From an uncultured bacterium (GTDB lineage: Bacteria > Bacillota > Clostridia > Oscillospirales > CAG-272), in the NCBI GenBank assembly GCA_945920215.1, contig CAMEJM010000002.1:18760-82759 (forward strand): 64,000 nucleotides of DNA, given 5' to 3'. The position numbers and the translations under genes are program-made. The notes under the pieces are model-generated. The model was not told where the DNA came from, made no database searches, and worked only from the letters and a program-made list of their open reading frames with translations. Shown here one piece after another: positions 19,392 to 30,567 of the stretch. Position 1 is the first letter of the stretch; each line of letters starts with the position of its first letter.

Positions 19392-20015
19392 ATGCCTAAT
19401 ATGAAAGTTGTAGATATGGCAGGTAAGGCGGTCGGTGAGATAACTCTTTCCGATACCGTGTTCGGCGCGGAAGTAAACGCAGCCGTCCTCCATACCGCAG
19501 TCAGAGCATATTTGCTCAACCAAAGACAGGGTACCCAGTCCACCCTGACCAGAACCGAGGTTTCCGGCGGCGGCAAAAAGCCCTGGAAGCAGAAGGGCAC
19601 CGGTCGCGCAAGACAGGGCAGCACCCGTTCTCCCCAGTGGACTCACGGCGGCGTGGCACTCGGCCCGAAGCCCCGTTCCTACCGCGTGACCCTCAACAAG
19701 AAGGTCAAGAGAGCAGCACTGTTCAGCGCACTCTCCTCCAAGGTTGCGGGCAATGAGATGATCATCATCGACTCCATCACCGCTACCGAATACAAGACCA
19801 AGAACATGGTTGCCATGCTGGCAGCCGTCGGCGCCGCCAAGAAAGCACTGATCGTTCTCCCCGAGGTCAACGATTTTGTGATCAAGAGCTGCGCAAACAT
19901 TGCGGGCGTCAAGACCGCGGTGTACAACGAAATCAACGTCTATGACATTCTGAACTGCGATACTCTGATCGTGGCTAAGGACGCTGTCACAAAGATTGAG
20001 GAGGTATACGCATAA
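19392..20015 (+). CDS. rplD: 50S ribosomal protein L4
   Basis: GGGKKPWKQKGTGRARQGS motif. Confidence 0.98.
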   Translation: MPNMKVVDMAGKAVGEITLSDTVFGAEVNAAVLHTAVRAYLLNQRQGTQSTLTRTEVSGGGKKPWKQKGTGRARQGSTRSPQWTHGGVALGPKPRSYRVTLNKKVKRAALFSALSSKVAGNEMIIIDSITATEYKTKNMVAMLAAVGAAKKALIVLPEVNDFVIKSCANIAGVKTAVYNEINVYDILNCDTLIVAKDAVTKIEEVYA

Positions 20016-20308
20016 TGAAATCTGTTGCAGATATCATCATCAGACCTCTGATCACCGAGAAGAGCATGGACGGCATCTCTGAGAAGCGCTATGCGTTCGA
20101 GGTTCAAAAGAGTGCGACGAAGCCGGAGATTGCAAACGCAGTCGAGGAAATGTTCGGTGTGAAGGTCGCACGGGTCAACACCATCATTGTCAAGAAAAAG
20201 CCGAAAAGAGTCGGCTACCACATGGGCTACACCAGCGAGTGGAAAAAAGCAGTCGTTACCCTTACCGAGGATTCCAAGACGATTGCCTTCTTCGATAGCC
20301 TGAACTGA
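20015..20308 (+). CDS. rplW: 50S ribosomal protein L23
   Basis: [11 protein letters not shown] motif; ATGA-type overlap with the rplD stop. Confidence 0.98.
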   Translation: MKSVADIIIRPLITEKSMDGISEKRYAFEVQKSATKPEIANAVEEMFGVKVARVNTIIVKKKPKRVGYHMGYTSEWKKAVVTLTEDSKTIAFFDSLN

Positions 20309-20327
20309 TAGAAGGGGGAAAGTACAG

Positions 20328-21158
20328 ATGGCAGTTATGAAATACAAGCCGACAACTCCGTCGCGCAGAAATATGTCCGCTCCTTCTTTCGAGGAGGTTA
20401 CCAAGAAGACCCCCGAAAAGTCTCTGATCGAGACCAAGAAGAAGCACGCAGGCCGCAACAGCTTCGGCCGCATCACCGTTCGTCATCACGGCGGTCGCAA
20501 CAAGATCAAGTACAGAATCATCGACTTCAAGCGTCAGAGCGCATCTCCCGCAGAGGTTCTCGGCGTTGAGTACGACCCGAACAGAAGCGCATACATCGCG
20601 CTGCTGCAGAACAAGGAAGGCGAAAAGAGCTACATCGTGGCGCCCGTCGGTCTGACCGTCGGCAGCACCGTGTACGCAGGCGCCGACGCCGATATCAAAC
20701 CCGGCAACACGCTTCCGATTTCCGCCATCCCCGTCGGTACCGTCATCCACAACATCGAGCTTTACCCCGGCAAGGGCGCACAGCTTGTCCGCTCTGCGGG
20801 CGCTCAGGCTCAGCTGATGGCTAAGGAAAACGGCGTCGCGCAGGTTCGTCTGCCCTCCGGTGAGGTCCGCATCGTCCGTCTGGACTGCAAGGCGACCATC
20901 GGTCAGGTCGGCAACGTCGAGCACGAAACCGTGAAGCTCGGCAAAGCCGGTAAGAGCCGTCACCTCGGCATCCGTCCTTCCGTCCGCGGTTCCGTTATGA
21001 ACCCCTGCGATCACCCGCACGGCGGCGGCGAAGGCAAATCGCCTATCGGTCATCCGGGTCCTGTTACTCCTTGGGGCAAGCCTGCTCTGGGTTACAAGAC
21101 GAGAAACAAAAAGGCGAGAACCAACAAGTTCATCGTCAAGCGTCGTAACGGCAAATAA
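20328..21158 (+). CDS. rplB: 50S ribosomal protein L2
   Basis: [11 protein letters not shown] and [10 protein letters not shown] motifs. Confidence 0.98.
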   Translation: MAVMKYKPTTPSRRNMSAPSFEEVTKKTPEKSLIETKKKHAGRNSFGRITVRHHGGRNKIKYRIIDFKRQSASPAEVLGVEYDPNRSAYIALLQNKEGEKSYIVAPVGLTVGSTVYAGADADIKPGNTLPISAIPVGTVIHNIELYPGKGAQLVRSAGAQAQLMAKENGVAQVRLPSGEVRIVRLDCKATIGQVGNVEHETVKLGKAGKSRHLGIRPSVRGSVMNPCDHPHGGGEGKSPIGHPGPVTPWGKPALGYKTRNKKARTNKFIVKRRNGK

Positions 21159-21176
21159 TTAGGAAGGAGACACATC

Positions 21177-21458
21177 ATGAGCAGAAGCTTAAAGAAAATG
21201 CCCTACGTAGAACAGAAGCTGTTTGACAGAGTCTGCGCTATGAACGATAAGGGCGAGAAGAAAGTTCTCAAGACCTGGTCGCGTGCGTCTACCATCTTCC
21301 CCGAGTTCGTCGGACATACGATTGCCGTTTATGACGGCAGAAAGCATGTTCCGGTTTATATCGTTGAAGACATGGTCGGACATAAACTCGGTGAATTCGC
21401 ACCCACCCGTACTTTCAAGGGTCATGCGGGTTCCAAGACATCCAACAACGGTAAGTAA
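21177..21458 (+). CDS. rpsS: 30S ribosomal protein S19
   Basis: [11 protein letters not shown]..., [15 protein letters not shown]. Confidence 0.98.
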   Translation: MSRSLKKMPYVEQKLFDRVCAMNDKGEKKVLKTWSRASTIFPEFVGHTIAVYDGRKHVPVYIVEDMVGHKLGEFAPTRTFKGHAGSKTSNNGK

Positions 21459-21472
21459 GGAGAGAGACAGAA

Positions 21473-21814
21473 ATGGAAGCAAGAGCACATCTGAAATATC
21501 TCAGAATCTCTCCCCGTAAGGTGAAGATCGTTCTCGACCTCATTCGAGGCAAGGACACCGACACCGCTATGGCAATTCTCAAAAACACCAACAAGATTGC
21601 ATCCGAGTCTCTTATCAAACTGCTGAAGAGCGCGGTTGCAAACGCCGAGCATAACTTCCACATGGACGCCTCTAACCTGTATGTGTCCGAGTGCTTTGTC
21701 TGCCCCGGCCCGATCCTCAAGAGAATCATGCCGAGAGCACAGGGCAGAGCATTCCGCATCAACAAGAGATCCAGCCATGTGACGCTGGTAGTAAAGGAAA
21801 AGGAGGTCGGCTGA
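21473..21814 (+). CDS. rplV: 50S ribosomal protein L22
   Basis: [18 protein letters not shown] motif. Confidence 0.98.
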   Translation: MEARAHLKYLRISPRKVKIVLDLIRGKDTDTAMAILKNTNKIASESLIKLLKSAVANAEHNFHMDASNLYVSECFVCPGPILKRIMPRAQGRAFRINKRSSHVTLVVKEKEVG

Positions 21815-21815
21815 G

Positions 21816-22607
21816 ATGGGACAGAAAGTAAATCCTAACGGACTGCGCGTTGGCGTCATCAAGAACTGGGATTCCAGATGGTTTGTCGAGGATAAGCAGT
21901 TCGGCGACACCCTGGTCTCCGACTACAACATCAGAAAATTCCTCAAGGAAAAGCTGCAGGCTGCCGGCGTTCCGAAGATCGAGATCGAGCGCGACAACAG
22001 CCGCGTAAGAGTGTTCGTGCAGTGCGCGAAGCCGGGTATCGTTATCGGTCGCGGCGGCGCGGAGATCGAAAAGCTGAAGACCGAGCTTGAGCAGATGGTC
22101 GGCAAACCCGTTGTTGTCAAGATCATCGAAATCAAGAACCCCGATCTGAACGCACAGCTGGTTGCCGAGAGCATCGCGGCACAGCTGGAGAAGAGAACTT
22201 CCTACCGCCGTGCAATGAAGCAGGCAATCGGCAGAACCATGCGTCTCGGCGCAAAGGGAATCAAGGTCTGCTGCGGCGGCCGTCTCGGCGGCGCTGAAAT
22301 CGCGCGTACCGAGCACTATCACGAGGGGACCATTCCGCTTCAGACCCTTCGTGCCGACATTGAGTACGGTTTCTATGAAGCAAACACCACCTACGGTAAA
22401 ATCGGCGTAAAGGTCTGGATTTACAGAGGCGAAGTGCTGGCTGTAAACGCCAACGCCGACAAGAAGTTCGACCGCCCCGAAAGACGTCAGCGCCGTCCCT
22501 TCGATGGCAATCGGGAGCGTCGCGACAACAACAGAGGTCCTCGCCGTGAGGGTGGTTTCGGCGGCAATCGCCGTAACAACGCTAAGACTGAGGGGGGCAA
22601 CCGATAA
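21816..22607 (+). CDS. rpsC: 30S ribosomal protein S3 with Arg/Gly/Asn-rich C-terminal tail
   Basis: [13 protein letters not shown]..., KH domain. The last 45 aa or so ([36 protein letters not shown]) are a low-complexity extension. Confidence 0.98.
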   Translation: MGQKVNPNGLRVGVIKNWDSRWFVEDKQFGDTLVSDYNIRKFLKEKLQAAGVPKIEIERDNSRVRVFVQCAKPGIVIGRGGAEIEKLKTELEQMVGKPVVVKIIEIKNPDLNAQLVAESIAAQLEKRTSYRRAMKQAIGRTMRLGAKGIKVCCGGRLGGAEIARTEHYHEGTIPLQTLRADIEYGFYEANTTYGKIGVKVWIYRGEVLAVNANADKKFDRPERRQRRPFDGNRERRDNNRGPRREGGFGGNRRNNAKTEGGNR

Positions 22608-23029
22608 TGTTGATGCCTAAGAGAGTCAAATACCGTCGCGTACAGCGCGGTAGAATGAAAGGGACCGCAACCCGCGGTAACACCGTGTCCAACGGTTCTT
22701 ACGGTCTTGTCGCTCTGGAACCCGCTTGGATCAAGAGCAATCAGATCGAGGCAGCCCGTATCGCTATGACGCGTTACATCAAGCGTGGCGGTCAGGTTTG
22801 GATCAAGATTTTCCCGGATAAGCCGGTTACCAAGCATCCTGCCGAAGCCCGCATGGGTTCCGGTAAAGGTGCACCGGAATACTGGGTGGCAGTTGTGAAG
22901 CCCGGCCGCGTGATGTTCGAAATGGACGGCGTGGACGAGGAAGTGGCAAGAGAGGCTATGCGTCTCGCCGGCCACAAGCTGCCTATCAAATGCAAGTTCG
23001 TGAAGCGCGAGCAGAGTGAGGAGGTATAA
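22607..23029 (+). CDS. rplP: 50S ribosomal protein L16
   Basis: [19 protein letters not shown]... Confidence 0.98.
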   Translation: MLMPKRVKYRRVQRGRMKGTATRGNTVSNGSYGLVALEPAWIKSNQIEAARIAMTRYIKRGGQVWIKIFPDKPVTKHPAEARMGSGKGAPEYWVAVVKPGRVMFEMDGVDEEVAREAMRLAGHKLPIKCKFVKREQSEEV

Positions 23030-23032
23030 GCC

Positions 23033-23221
23033 GTGAAAGCACAGGAACTCAGAGCTATGTCAAACGAAGAGCTTGAGAACAAGTTGCAGGACCTGAAAAA
23101 GGAACTCTTTAACCTGCGTTTCCAGCTTGCTGTCCACCAGCTCGACAACCCTCACAAGATCACCGATGTCAAGCACGACATCGCCCGCGTGATGACCGTC
23201 ATCCGCGAGAAGAATGCTTGA
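23033..23221 (+). CDS. rpmC: 50S ribosomal protein L29
   Basis: GTG start; [19 protein letters not shown] motif. Confidence 0.97.
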   Translation: MKAQELRAMSNEELENKLQDLKKELFNLRFQLAVHQLDNPHKITDVKHDIARVMTVIREKNA

Positions 23222-23236
23222 AGGAGGTAAACGAAA

Positions 23237-23497
23237 ATGGCAGAAGAGAGAAACATGAGAAAAGTCAGAGTCGGCAAGGTCGTCAGCACCAAGATGGATA
23301 AGACCATCGTTGTTGCGATCGTTGACTCGGTTTGCCATCCCAAGTACGGCAAGATCATGAAGCGTACTGTCAAGATCCACGCGCATGATGAAAAGAACGA
23401 GTGCGGTGTCGGTGATACCGTTTCCGTCATGGAGACCAGACCGCTGTCCAAGACCAAGAGATGGCGCCTGTACCAGATCGTCGAAAAGGCGAAATAA
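23237..23497 (+). CDS. rpsQ: 30S ribosomal protein S17
   Basis: [14 protein letters not shown]...HPKYGK motif. Confidence 0.98.
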   Translation: MAEERNMRKVRVGKVVSTKMDKTIVVAIVDSVCHPKYGKIMKRTVKIHAHDEKNECGVGDTVSVMETRPLSKTKRWRLYQIVEKAK

Positions 23498-23564
23498 GTT
23501 ATACGAATCCACAACAATCAAGTAGGCAGGTCAAAGAGCTTGCCGAAATCAGGAGGAAAGTCAA

Positions 23565-23933
23565 GTGATTCAGCAGCAAACATTACTCAATGTAGCTGAT
23601 AACACCGGCGCCAAGCAGTTGATGTGCATCCGCGTACTCGGTGGCTCCGGCCGCCGCTACGCCGCCATCGGCGATATCGTGGTTGCTTGCGTAAAGAAAG
23701 CAACTCCGGGCGGCATGGTGAAAAAAGGCGAAGTTGTGAAAGCGGTTATCGTGAGAAGCGTGCGCGAAAATCGTCGCGCAGACGGCTCCTACATCAAGTT
23801 CGATGAGAACGCAGCGGTAATCATCAAGGACGACAAGACCCCCCGCGGGACCCGTATCTTTGGGCCTGTGGCGCGTGAGCTCAGAGACAAGGACTTCACG
23901 AAGATTCTGTCTCTTGCTCCCGAAGTACTTTAA
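23565..23933 (+). CDS. rplN: 50S ribosomal protein L14
   Basis: GTG start; [17 protein letters not shown]. Confidence 0.98.
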   Translation: MIQQQTLLNVADNTGAKQLMCIRVLGGSGRRYAAIGDIVVACVKKATPGGMVKKGEVVKAVIVRSVRENRRADGSYIKFDENAAVIIKDDKTPRGTRIFGPVARELRDKDFTKILSLAPEVL

Positions 23934-23948
23934 TCGGAGGTAACGGAC

Positions 23949-24308
23949 ATGAAAAAGTTGCACGTAAAAACCGGTGACACTGTTGTTGTCCTCTCCGGTG
24001 ACGACAAATTGATGAAAGACGCAAACGGCAACGCGACCGTAAGAACCGGTAAGGTAATTGCAACCTCTCCCGAAGAGGGCAAGGTCATTGTCGAAGGCGT
24101 CCATATCGTCAACAAGCACACCAAAGCCCGCAAGCAGGGCGATACCAGCAGCATCGTCAAGACCGAGGGTGCGATTTACGCGTCCAAGGTTCAGCTTTAT
24201 TGCCCCAAGTGCAAGAGGGGCGTCCGCACCAAGTCGGTTTTCGAGACCGATAAGGACGGCAAGAAAACGAAAGTCCGCGTTTGCGCAAAATGCGGCGAGA
24301 AAATCTGA
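23949..24308 (+). CDS. rplX: 50S ribosomal protein L24 with C-terminal CxxC...CxxC segment
   Basis: KOW motif [14 protein letters not shown]. The C-terminus is [37 protein letters not shown]. Confidence 0.97.
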   Translation: MKKLHVKTGDTVVVLSGDDKLMKDANGNATVRTGKVIATSPEEGKVIVEGVHIVNKHTKARKQGDTSSIVKTEGAIYASKVQLYCPKCKRGVRTKSVFETDKDGKKTKVRVCAKCGEKI

Positions 24309-24322
24309 GGAGGGAACTGAAG

Positions 24323-24862
24323 ATGTCAAGATTGTCTGAAAGATATCAAAAAGAAGTTGCCCCCGCTCTGATGAAGGAATTTGCATACAAGACTCCCATG
24401 CAGATCCCGCGCCTCGATAAGGTTGTCATCAACGTCGGCGCAGGCGACGCAAAAGAGAACAGCAAGGTCATTGATAATGTCATTTCCGAGATTACAATGA
24501 TCGCCGGTCAGAAGGCGGTTCCCACCTATGCACGCAAGTCCGTCGCTAACTTCAAGCTCCGTCAGGGCATGAAGATCGGCGTTAAGGTGACTCTGCGCGG
24601 CGAGCGTATGTATGAGTTCATCGATAAACTCTTTAACTTCGCTCTTCCCCGCGTGCGTGACTTCAAGGGGATCAACCCCAACGCGTTTGACGGCCGCGGC
24701 AACTACGCGCTCGGCCTCAAAGAGCAGCTGATCTTCCCCGAAATCGAGTACGATAAGGTGGAGAAAGTGCGCGGCATGGACATTGTGTTCGTGACTACCG
24801 CCAACACCGACGCAGAAGCAAAGTCGCTCCTCGACAAGATGGGCGCACCCTTTGCAAAGTAA
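24323..24862 (+). CDS. rplE: 50S ribosomal protein L5
   Basis: [12 protein letters not shown]...; ATG at 24323 with GAGGAGGG upstream. The track ORF starts further upstream, inside rplX. Confidence 0.98.
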   Translation: MSRLSERYQKEVAPALMKEFAYKTPMQIPRLDKVVINVGAGDAKENSKVIDNVISEITMIAGQKAVPTYARKSVANFKLRQGMKIGVKVTLRGERMYEFIDKLFNFALPRVRDFKGINPNAFDGRGNYALGLKEQLIFPEIEYDKVEKVRGMDIVFVTTANTDAEAKSLLDKMGAPFAK

Positions 24863-24880
24863 TTGAGGGAGGAAGAAACA

Positions 24881-25066
24881 GTGGCAAAGAAATCCATGAT
24901 CAACAAGCAGCAGAAAGCACCGAAGTTCTCTACCAGAGCTTATAACAGATGCAAGATCTGCGGCAGACCTCACGCTTACCTCCGTAAATTCGGAATTTGC
25001 CGTATTTGCTTCCGTGAGCTTGCCTACAAGGGCGAGATTCCGGGCGTGAAGAAAGCAAGCTGGTAA
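24881..25066 (+). CDS. rpsN: 30S ribosomal protein S14 type Z (zinc-binding, 61 aa)
   Basis: GTG at 24881 after [28 protein letters not shown] Cys4 motif; ends KASW. Confidence 0.97.
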   Translation: MAKKSMINKQQKAPKFSTRAYNRCKICGRPHAYLRKFGICRICFRELAYKGEIPGVKKASW

Positions 25067-25177
25067 CGAAAAAACTTCCATCTATCGGTAGGAAAGATAC
25101 ACTCTTTAACCGCCGGTATGCCGCCGGCACGCAAGCCGGCAGCAAGCGAATTAAACTTGCATACAGGAGGAATTAAA

Positions 25178-25576
25178 ATGCAAATTTCCGACGTGATTGC
25201 AGACCTGCTCACCCGTATCCGCAACGCGAACGACGCGAAGCACGAGACGGTTGACATTCCTGCGTCCAACATGAAAAAGGCGATCGTTGAAATCCTGCTC
25301 ACCGAGGGCTACATCAAAGGGTATCAGCTGATCGAAGACGGCAAGCAGGGCATGATCCGCGTGACCCTGAAGTACGGCCAGGGCAAGACCAAGGTTCTCC
25401 GCGGTCTGCGCCGCGTATCCAAGCCGGGTCTGCGTATCTACGCAAACGCCGAGCAGCTCCCCAGAGTGATGAACGGTCTGGGCGTTGCAATCATTTCTAC
25501 TTCCAAGGGCATCATGACCGACAAGCAGGCGCGTAAAGCGAACATTGGCGGCGAAGTGCTTGCCTTTGTGTGGTAA
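25178..25576 (+). CDS. rpsH: 30S ribosomal protein S8
   Basis: [17 protein letters not shown]; ATG at 25178 after AGGAGG. Confidence 0.98.
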   Translation: MQISDVIADLLTRIRNANDAKHETVDIPASNMKKAIVEILLTEGYIKGYQLIEDGKQGMIRVTLKYGQGKTKVLRGLRRVSKPGLRIYANAEQLPRVMNGLGVAIISTSKGIMTDKQARKANIGGEVLAFVW

Positions 25577-25591
25577 TGGGAGGTATCAGAG

Positions 25592-26131
25592 ATGTCAAGA
25601 ATCGGTAGAGCTCCCATTTCTCTCGCATCCAACGTTACCGTCAGCATCGCCGACGGCAATGTGGTTACCGTGAAGGGCCCGCTCGGAACCCTCACACAGA
25701 CCTTCTCCCCCCGCATGACCATCACTGTTGAAAACAACACCCTGACGGTCACCCGTCCCACCGATGAGAAAGAGGATCGCGCACTGCACGGTCTGACCCG
25801 CGCTCTGCTCCATAACATGGTTGTCGGCGTTACCGAGGGCTTCAAAACCCAGCTGGAAATCGTCGGCGTCGGTTACAAGGCAGAGAAGAAGGGGACCAAG
25901 CTGGTGCTGAGCCTCGGTTACTCTCATCTGGTCAACTTCGACGAGGGCAACGGCATCACCTATGACGTGCCGGATCCCAACACCGTTGTTGTCAAGGGCA
26001 TCGACAAACAGGTTGTCGGACAGGTTGCAGCGGAAATCCGCTCCAAGCGTCCTCCGGAGCCTTATCTGGGCAAGGGGATCAAGTATACCGGCGAGCATAT
26101 CCGCCGTAAGGCCGGAAAGACCGGTAAATAA
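25592..26131 (+). CDS. rplF: 50S ribosomal protein L6
   Basis: MSRIGRAPISL...VKGPLG. Confidence 0.98.
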   Translation: MSRIGRAPISLASNVTVSIADGNVVTVKGPLGTLTQTFSPRMTITVENNTLTVTRPTDEKEDRALHGLTRALLHNMVVGVTEGFKTQLEIVGVGYKAEKKGTKLVLSLGYSHLVNFDEGNGITYDVPDPNTVVVKGIDKQVVGQVAAEIRSKRPPEPYLGKGIKYTGEHIRRKAGKTGK

Positions 26132-26149
26132 TGAAAGGAGAAAACAGCA

Positions 26150-26509
26150 ATGGTTAATAAGTGCGATAAGAACCAGCAGCGCCTTAAGAGACATACAAGA
26201 GTCAGATATAAGATCAGCGGCACTGCTGACAGACCCCGTCTGGCTGTTTACCGCTCCAACGCTCATATCAGCGCGCAGATCATCGATGATGTTGCGGGTA
26301 CCACGCTTGTTTCCGCCGGCACCTACGAAAAGTCTTTCGAGGGCATCGGCTCCAACAAGGAGGCTGCACGCGCAATCGGTCGTCTGATTGCCGAAAGAGC
26401 AAAAGCAAAGGGTATTACTGCTGTCGTATTTGACCGCGGCGGCTATGTCTATCACGGTCGTGTATCGGAACTGGCTGAAGGCGCCCGCGAGGGCGGACTT
26501 GAGTTCTGA
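26150..26509 (+). CDS. rplR: 50S ribosomal protein L18
   Basis: [20 protein letters not shown] motif. Confidence 0.98.
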   Translation: MVNKCDKNQQRLKRHTRVRYKISGTADRPRLAVYRSNAHISAQIIDDVAGTTLVSAGTYEKSFEGIGSNKEAARAIGRLIAERAKAKGITAVVFDRGGYVYHGRVSELAEGAREGGLEF

Positions 26510-26565
26510 GTCCGGTTTGTACACCGATCAAAAGCAATTTTGATTGAAAATTTAAGGAGAATCAC

Positions 26566-27069
26566 ATGGCAAAAATGATTAACGCAAACGAGCTTGAGCT
26601 TGAAGAAAAGCTCGTTGTGCTCAACCGTGTATCCAAGACCGTTAAGGGCGGTCGTATCGCCCGCTTTGCCGCGCTGATGGTTGTTGGCGACAGAAACGGT
26701 CACGTAGGCTACGGTCTCGGTAAAGCAGCAGAGGTGCCCGACGCGATCCGCAAAGGTATCGAAGATGCGAAGAAGAACCTCATCGAGGTTTCGATGAACG
26801 GTTCGACCATTCCTCACGAGATTATCGGTAACTTCGGCTCCGGCAAGGTGCTGATGAAGCCGGCAGCTCCCGGTACCGGTATCATCGCCGGCGGCGGCGT
26901 CCGTTACGTACTGGAGCTGGCAGGTATCAAGAACATTCGTGCGAAGTGCCTGCGTTCCAACAACCCCGTCAATGTTGTGAAAGCAACGTTCGACGGCTTG
27001 CAGTCCCTGCGCAGCCTCGAGGAAGTTGCCGCCAACCGCGGTATCGCTCCCGAGAATGTGAAGGGCTAA
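26566..27069 (+). CDS. rpsE: 30S ribosomal protein S5
   Basis: [24 protein letters not shown] motif. Confidence 0.98.
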   Translation: MAKMINANELELEEKLVVLNRVSKTVKGGRIARFAALMVVGDRNGHVGYGLGKAAEVPDAIRKGIEDAKKNLIEVSMNGSTIPHEIIGNFGSGKVLMKPAAPGTGIIAGGGVRYVLELAGIKNIRAKCLRSNNPVNVVKATFDGLQSLRSLEEVAANRGIAPENVKG

Positions 27070-27081
27070 GGAGGGACGAAC

Positions 27082-27258
27082 ATGAAGATTAAAGTCACTC
27101 TTACCAAAAGCCTGATCGGCGCAAAGCCGGCACAAAAGGCAACCGCAGCATCTCTCGGGTTCCGCAAGCCCGGTGACTCCGTCATTCTTCCCGATGACGC
27201 AGCAAGCCGCGGAAAAGTCAATGTTATTGCGCACCTTGTCAAGGTGGAATCTGTTTGA
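27082..27258 (+). CDS. rpmD: 50S ribosomal protein L30
   Basis: Not in the ORF track (58 aa). Hand translation [58 protein letters not shown]; GGAGGG RBS. Confidence 0.95.
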   Translation: MKIKVTLTKSLIGAKPAQKATAASLGFRKPGDSVILPDDAASRGKVNVIAHLVKVESV

Positions 27259-27277
27259 TCGGAAGGAGGATGAAAGA

Positions 27278-27721
27278 ATGAAACTCCATGAACTTTCTCC
27301 CGCAGAAGGCTCTGTGAAAGACGTATACCGCAAAGGTAGAGGCGTCGGTTCCGGCAACGGAAAAACCGCAGGCAAGGGTCATAAGGGTCAGAACGCGCGC
27401 TCCGGCGGCGGCGTCCGTCCCGGTTTTGAAGGCGGACAGCTTCCTCTTTACAGAAAGCTGCCGAAAAGAGGCTTCCATAACAAGTTCAGCAAAGTTTACG
27501 CGGTCGTCAATGTTGAATCCCTCAACAGTTTTGAATCCGGCACCACAGTCGATGCCGAGGCGCTTCTGAAAGCAAAAATTATCGACGCAATCTATGATGG
27601 CGTAAAAGTGCTTGGTAAAGGAGAACTCACCGCAAAGAATCTGACTGTGAAAGCAAAAGTCTTTTCTGCTTCCGCAAAAGAAAAGATTGAGGCAGCTGGT
27701 GGAAAGTCCGAGGTGATTTGA
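27278..27721 (+). CDS. rplO: 50S ribosomal protein L15
   Basis: [12 protein letters not shown]...[19 protein letters not shown]; ATG at 27278 after GGAAGGAGGA. Confidence 0.98.
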   Translation: MKLHELSPAEGSVKDVYRKGRGVGSGNGKTAGKGHKGQNARSGGGVRPGFEGGQLPLYRKLPKRGFHNKFSKVYAVVNVESLNSFESGTTVDAEALLKAKIIDAIYDGVKVLGKGELTAKNLTVKAKVFSASAKEKIEAAGGKSEVI

Positions 27722-29146
27722 ATGCTTCAGACTTTGAAAAATGCTTGGAGAACGCCTGAACTCAGAAGAAGAATTCTCTATGTTCTGTTTATCCTGCTTC
27801 TCTATCGCATTGGTACGGTTATTCCCGTGCCGTTCGTTGATGCATCCACCTTTTCCGCACAGTTCGGCGATACGATTTTCGCCTATCTCAACCTTTTGTC
27901 GGGCGGTGCGCTGAGCGCGGCGACTCTGTTCGCTCTCGGTATCTCTCCCTACATTACCGCATCCATCGTCATTCAGCTTCTGTCCGTGGCGATTCCGCCT
28001 CTCGGACGCAAGGTGCAGGACGGGGAAGCCGGTAAAGAATTCAGCGAGAAACTGACCCGTTACTGCACGGTGCTTCTTGCTATCGTAACAGGTTACGGCT
28101 ACTATGTTCTTCTGAAGTCCAACAATATGTTGACCGATGCCGCAACGAGCGGCACCACCGGCACGCAGGTCCTGATCGGAATTGTCATTGTGACCTGTTA
28201 TGTGGCAGGCGCTTCGCTGGTGATGTGGCTTGGTGAAAAGATCAATGAAAAGGGAATCGGCAACGGTATCTCTCTCATCCTCTTCGCCAACATTATCTCC
28301 TCCTTGCCGTCGACCATTTACAACCTTGTCTGGCTGGTGATTTACTCCGGCTTCAAGGGGACTGCGACCGGCGCGGCTAAGGCAGGCTATATCGCAGGCT
28401 CTCTGGGCTTTGCCATCGGTCTGATTGCGGTGCTGATCGGTCTGACGATTTTCGTCATCTTCGTGACCGGCAGCGAGCGCAGGATCCCGATTCAGTACGC
28501 AAAGCGCGTGGTTGGCCGCAAGATGTACGGCGGGCAGAACTCCACTTTGCCCATCAAGCTGAATATGTCCGGCGTGATGCCTATCATCTTCGCTTCGTCC
28601 ATCATCTCTCTGCCCGCAACCATCATGACCTTGTGCGGCGTTGAGAGCGCATCCTCCATGGAAGAGGGCACGGCGAAATTCGTCAACAAGTTCTATGATT
28701 TCATGGCTGCCGACGGATGGTTTTATCCGCTGGTATTCGTTGTCCTGATCATCGCGTTCTCGTACTTCTATATTACGATTTCGTTCAATCCCGTTGAAGT
28801 GGCAAATAACCTCAAGAAGAACGGCGGTCTGATTCCCGGTATCCGCCAGGGCAGACCTACCTCCGATTATATCAAGAAGATTCTGAACAAGGTGACCTTG
28901 CTCGGCGCTATCTTCCTGGCTATCATCGCGGTACTGCCTCTGATTGCAAGCCCGTTGGTTGTCACTCCGATCGTAGGCAAGCTGCTCTCCAATGTGAGCG
29001 GCGGTTCTTCCATCAGCGCATCGAACTTCGCAAGCACGTTCGCGTTCGGCGGGACGTCCTTGCTGATCGTCATCGGCGTGGTGCAGGAGACCTTCCGTGA
29101 ACTGGAAGCACAGCTCACCATGCGTAACTACAAGGGATTCCTTTGA
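27722..29146 (+). CDS. secY: preprotein translocase subunit SecY
   Basis: 474 aa, 10 TM pattern; LFALGISPYITASI motif; operon position. Confidence 0.98.
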   Translation: MLQTLKNAWRTPELRRRILYVLFILLLYRIGTVIPVPFVDASTFSAQFGDTIFAYLNLLSGGALSAATLFALGISPYITASIVIQLLSVAIPPLGRKVQDGEAGKEFSEKLTRYCTVLLAIVTGYGYYVLLKSNNMLTDAATSGTTGTQVLIGIVIVTCYVAGASLVMWLGEKINEKGIGNGISLILFANIISSLPSTIYNLVWLVIYSGFKGTATGAAKAGYIAGSLGFAIGLIAVLIGLTIFVIFVTGSERRIPIQYAKRVVGRKMYGGQNSTLPIKLNMSGVMPIIFASSIISLPATIMTLCGVESASSMEEGTAKFVNKFYDFMAADGWFYPLVFVVLIIAFSYFYITISFNPVEVANNLKKNGGLIPGIRQGRPTSDYIKKILNKVTLLGAIFLAIIAVLPLIASPLVVTPIVGKLLSNVSGGSSISASNFASTFAFGGTSLLIVIGVVQETFRELEAQLTMRNYKGFL

Positions 29147-29176
29147 TTCAAGAGAAAACAGCCGGAGGAGAACAAC

Positions 29177-29806
29177 ATGAAAATTATTTTCTTGGGTGCC
29201 CCCGGTGCCGGTAAAGGAACGCAGGCGGAGATCGTATCCGAGAGATTGGGGATTCCCTCAATCTCTACGGGTGCCATCATCCGCGAAGCAATCAAGACCG
29301 GAACCGAAATGGGTATGAAAGCCCGCAAGTATACCGAGTCCGGCGCGCTCGTTCCCGATGAGGTCGTGATCGGCATCATCCAGGAGCGCCTGGCAAAACC
29401 CGACTGCAAGAACGGATTCATTCTGGACGGGTTCCCCCGTACGGTACCCCAAGCCGAGGCACTGGACGCGATGGGAGTAAAACTGGACGTTGTACTTTCC
29501 ATCGAAGTATCCGATTCTGCAATTGTGGAGCGTATGAGTGGCAGACGCGTTTGCGAATGCGGCGCATCTTACCATACGAAATACAATCCGTCAAAAGACG
29601 GCGTGCATTGCGACAAGTGCGGCAAGCCCCTCACGATTCGCCGCGATGACGCTCCCGAGGTGGTCGAAAGCCGCCTCAAGGTCTACCACGAAACGACCGA
29701 ACCTCTCAAGGAATTCTATGCCGCAAAAGGCATTCTGAAGATCGTTGAGGGGCAGGAGAGAGTGGAAGACACTACCGCATTGACCCTTGGTGCGCTTGGC
29801 ATCTGA
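29177..29806 (+). CDS. adk: adenylate kinase (zinc-lid type)
   Basis: MKIIFLGAPGAGKGTQA P-loop; lid CECG...CDKCG. Confidence 0.98.
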   Translation: MKIIFLGAPGAGKGTQAEIVSERLGIPSISTGAIIREAIKTGTEMGMKARKYTESGALVPDEVVIGIIQERLAKPDCKNGFILDGFPRTVPQAEALDAMGVKLDVVLSIEVSDSAIVERMSGRRVCECGASYHTKYNPSKDGVHCDKCGKPLTIRRDDAPEVVESRLKVYHETTEPLKEFYAAKGILKIVEGQERVEDTTALTLGALGI

Positions 29807-29808
29807 AG

Positions 29809-30567
29809 ATGGCAATCATACTGAAGAAGCCGGAGCAAATTCTGCTGATGAAGGAAGCGGGGAGGATCACGGGTGAGGCGCTGCTTGTTGCACGCGACGC
29901 TGTTCGCCCCGGGATTTCCACAAAGGAGCTTGACTCCCTGATTCACGCGTATATTCTCAAATGCGGCGCGAAGCCTTCCTTCCTTGGATACGGCGGTTTC
30001 CCCGGAAGCGCTTGTATCAGCGTCAACAACCAAATCATCCATGGGATTCCCTCGCATAAGGTGATTCTGCACGAGGGAGACATCGTAAAAGTCGATGTCG
30101 GTGCCATTTACCGCGGCTACCACGGCGACAGCGCAAAAACATTTGCGGTCGGCCGTGTGAGCGAAGCAGCACAGAGACTGATTGACGTCACTCGAGAAAG
30201 TTTCTATAAAGGCGTTGCTTTCGCTCGGGTAGGCAACCGTCTCGGCGACATCGGTCACGCCGTTCAGGCGCACGCCGAGTCCCACGGATACGGTATTGTA
30301 CGCAAATATGTAGGCCACGGCGTGGGGACGCATCTCCACGAGGAGCCCGATGTACCGAATTACGGTACGGCGGGACGTGGATGCCGTTTATATCCGGGCA
30401 TGACGATAGCCATTGAACCCATGGTTAACGAAGGAACAGCAGACATTAAGGAATTGCCGGACGGTTGGACGGTTGTGACCGCGGACGGTCGCCTCTCCGC
30501 TCATTGGGAGCATACGGTGGCGATCACGGACGACGGTCCCATTCTCCTGACCGATGTCGGCGAGTGA
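29809..30567 (+). CDS. map: type I methionine aminopeptidase
   Basis: [21 protein letters not shown] and HWEHTV motifs. Confidence 0.97.
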   Translation: MAIILKKPEQILLMKEAGRITGEALLVARDAVRPGISTKELDSLIHAYILKCGAKPSFLGYGGFPGSACISVNNQIIHGIPSHKVILHEGDIVKVDVGAIYRGYHGDSAKTFAVGRVSEAAQRLIDVTRESFYKGVAFARVGNRLGDIGHAVQAHAESHGYGIVRKYVGHGVGTHLHEEPDVPNYGTAGRGCRLYPGMTIAIEPMVNEGTADIKELPDGWTVVTADGRLSAHWEHTVAITDDGPILLTDVGE

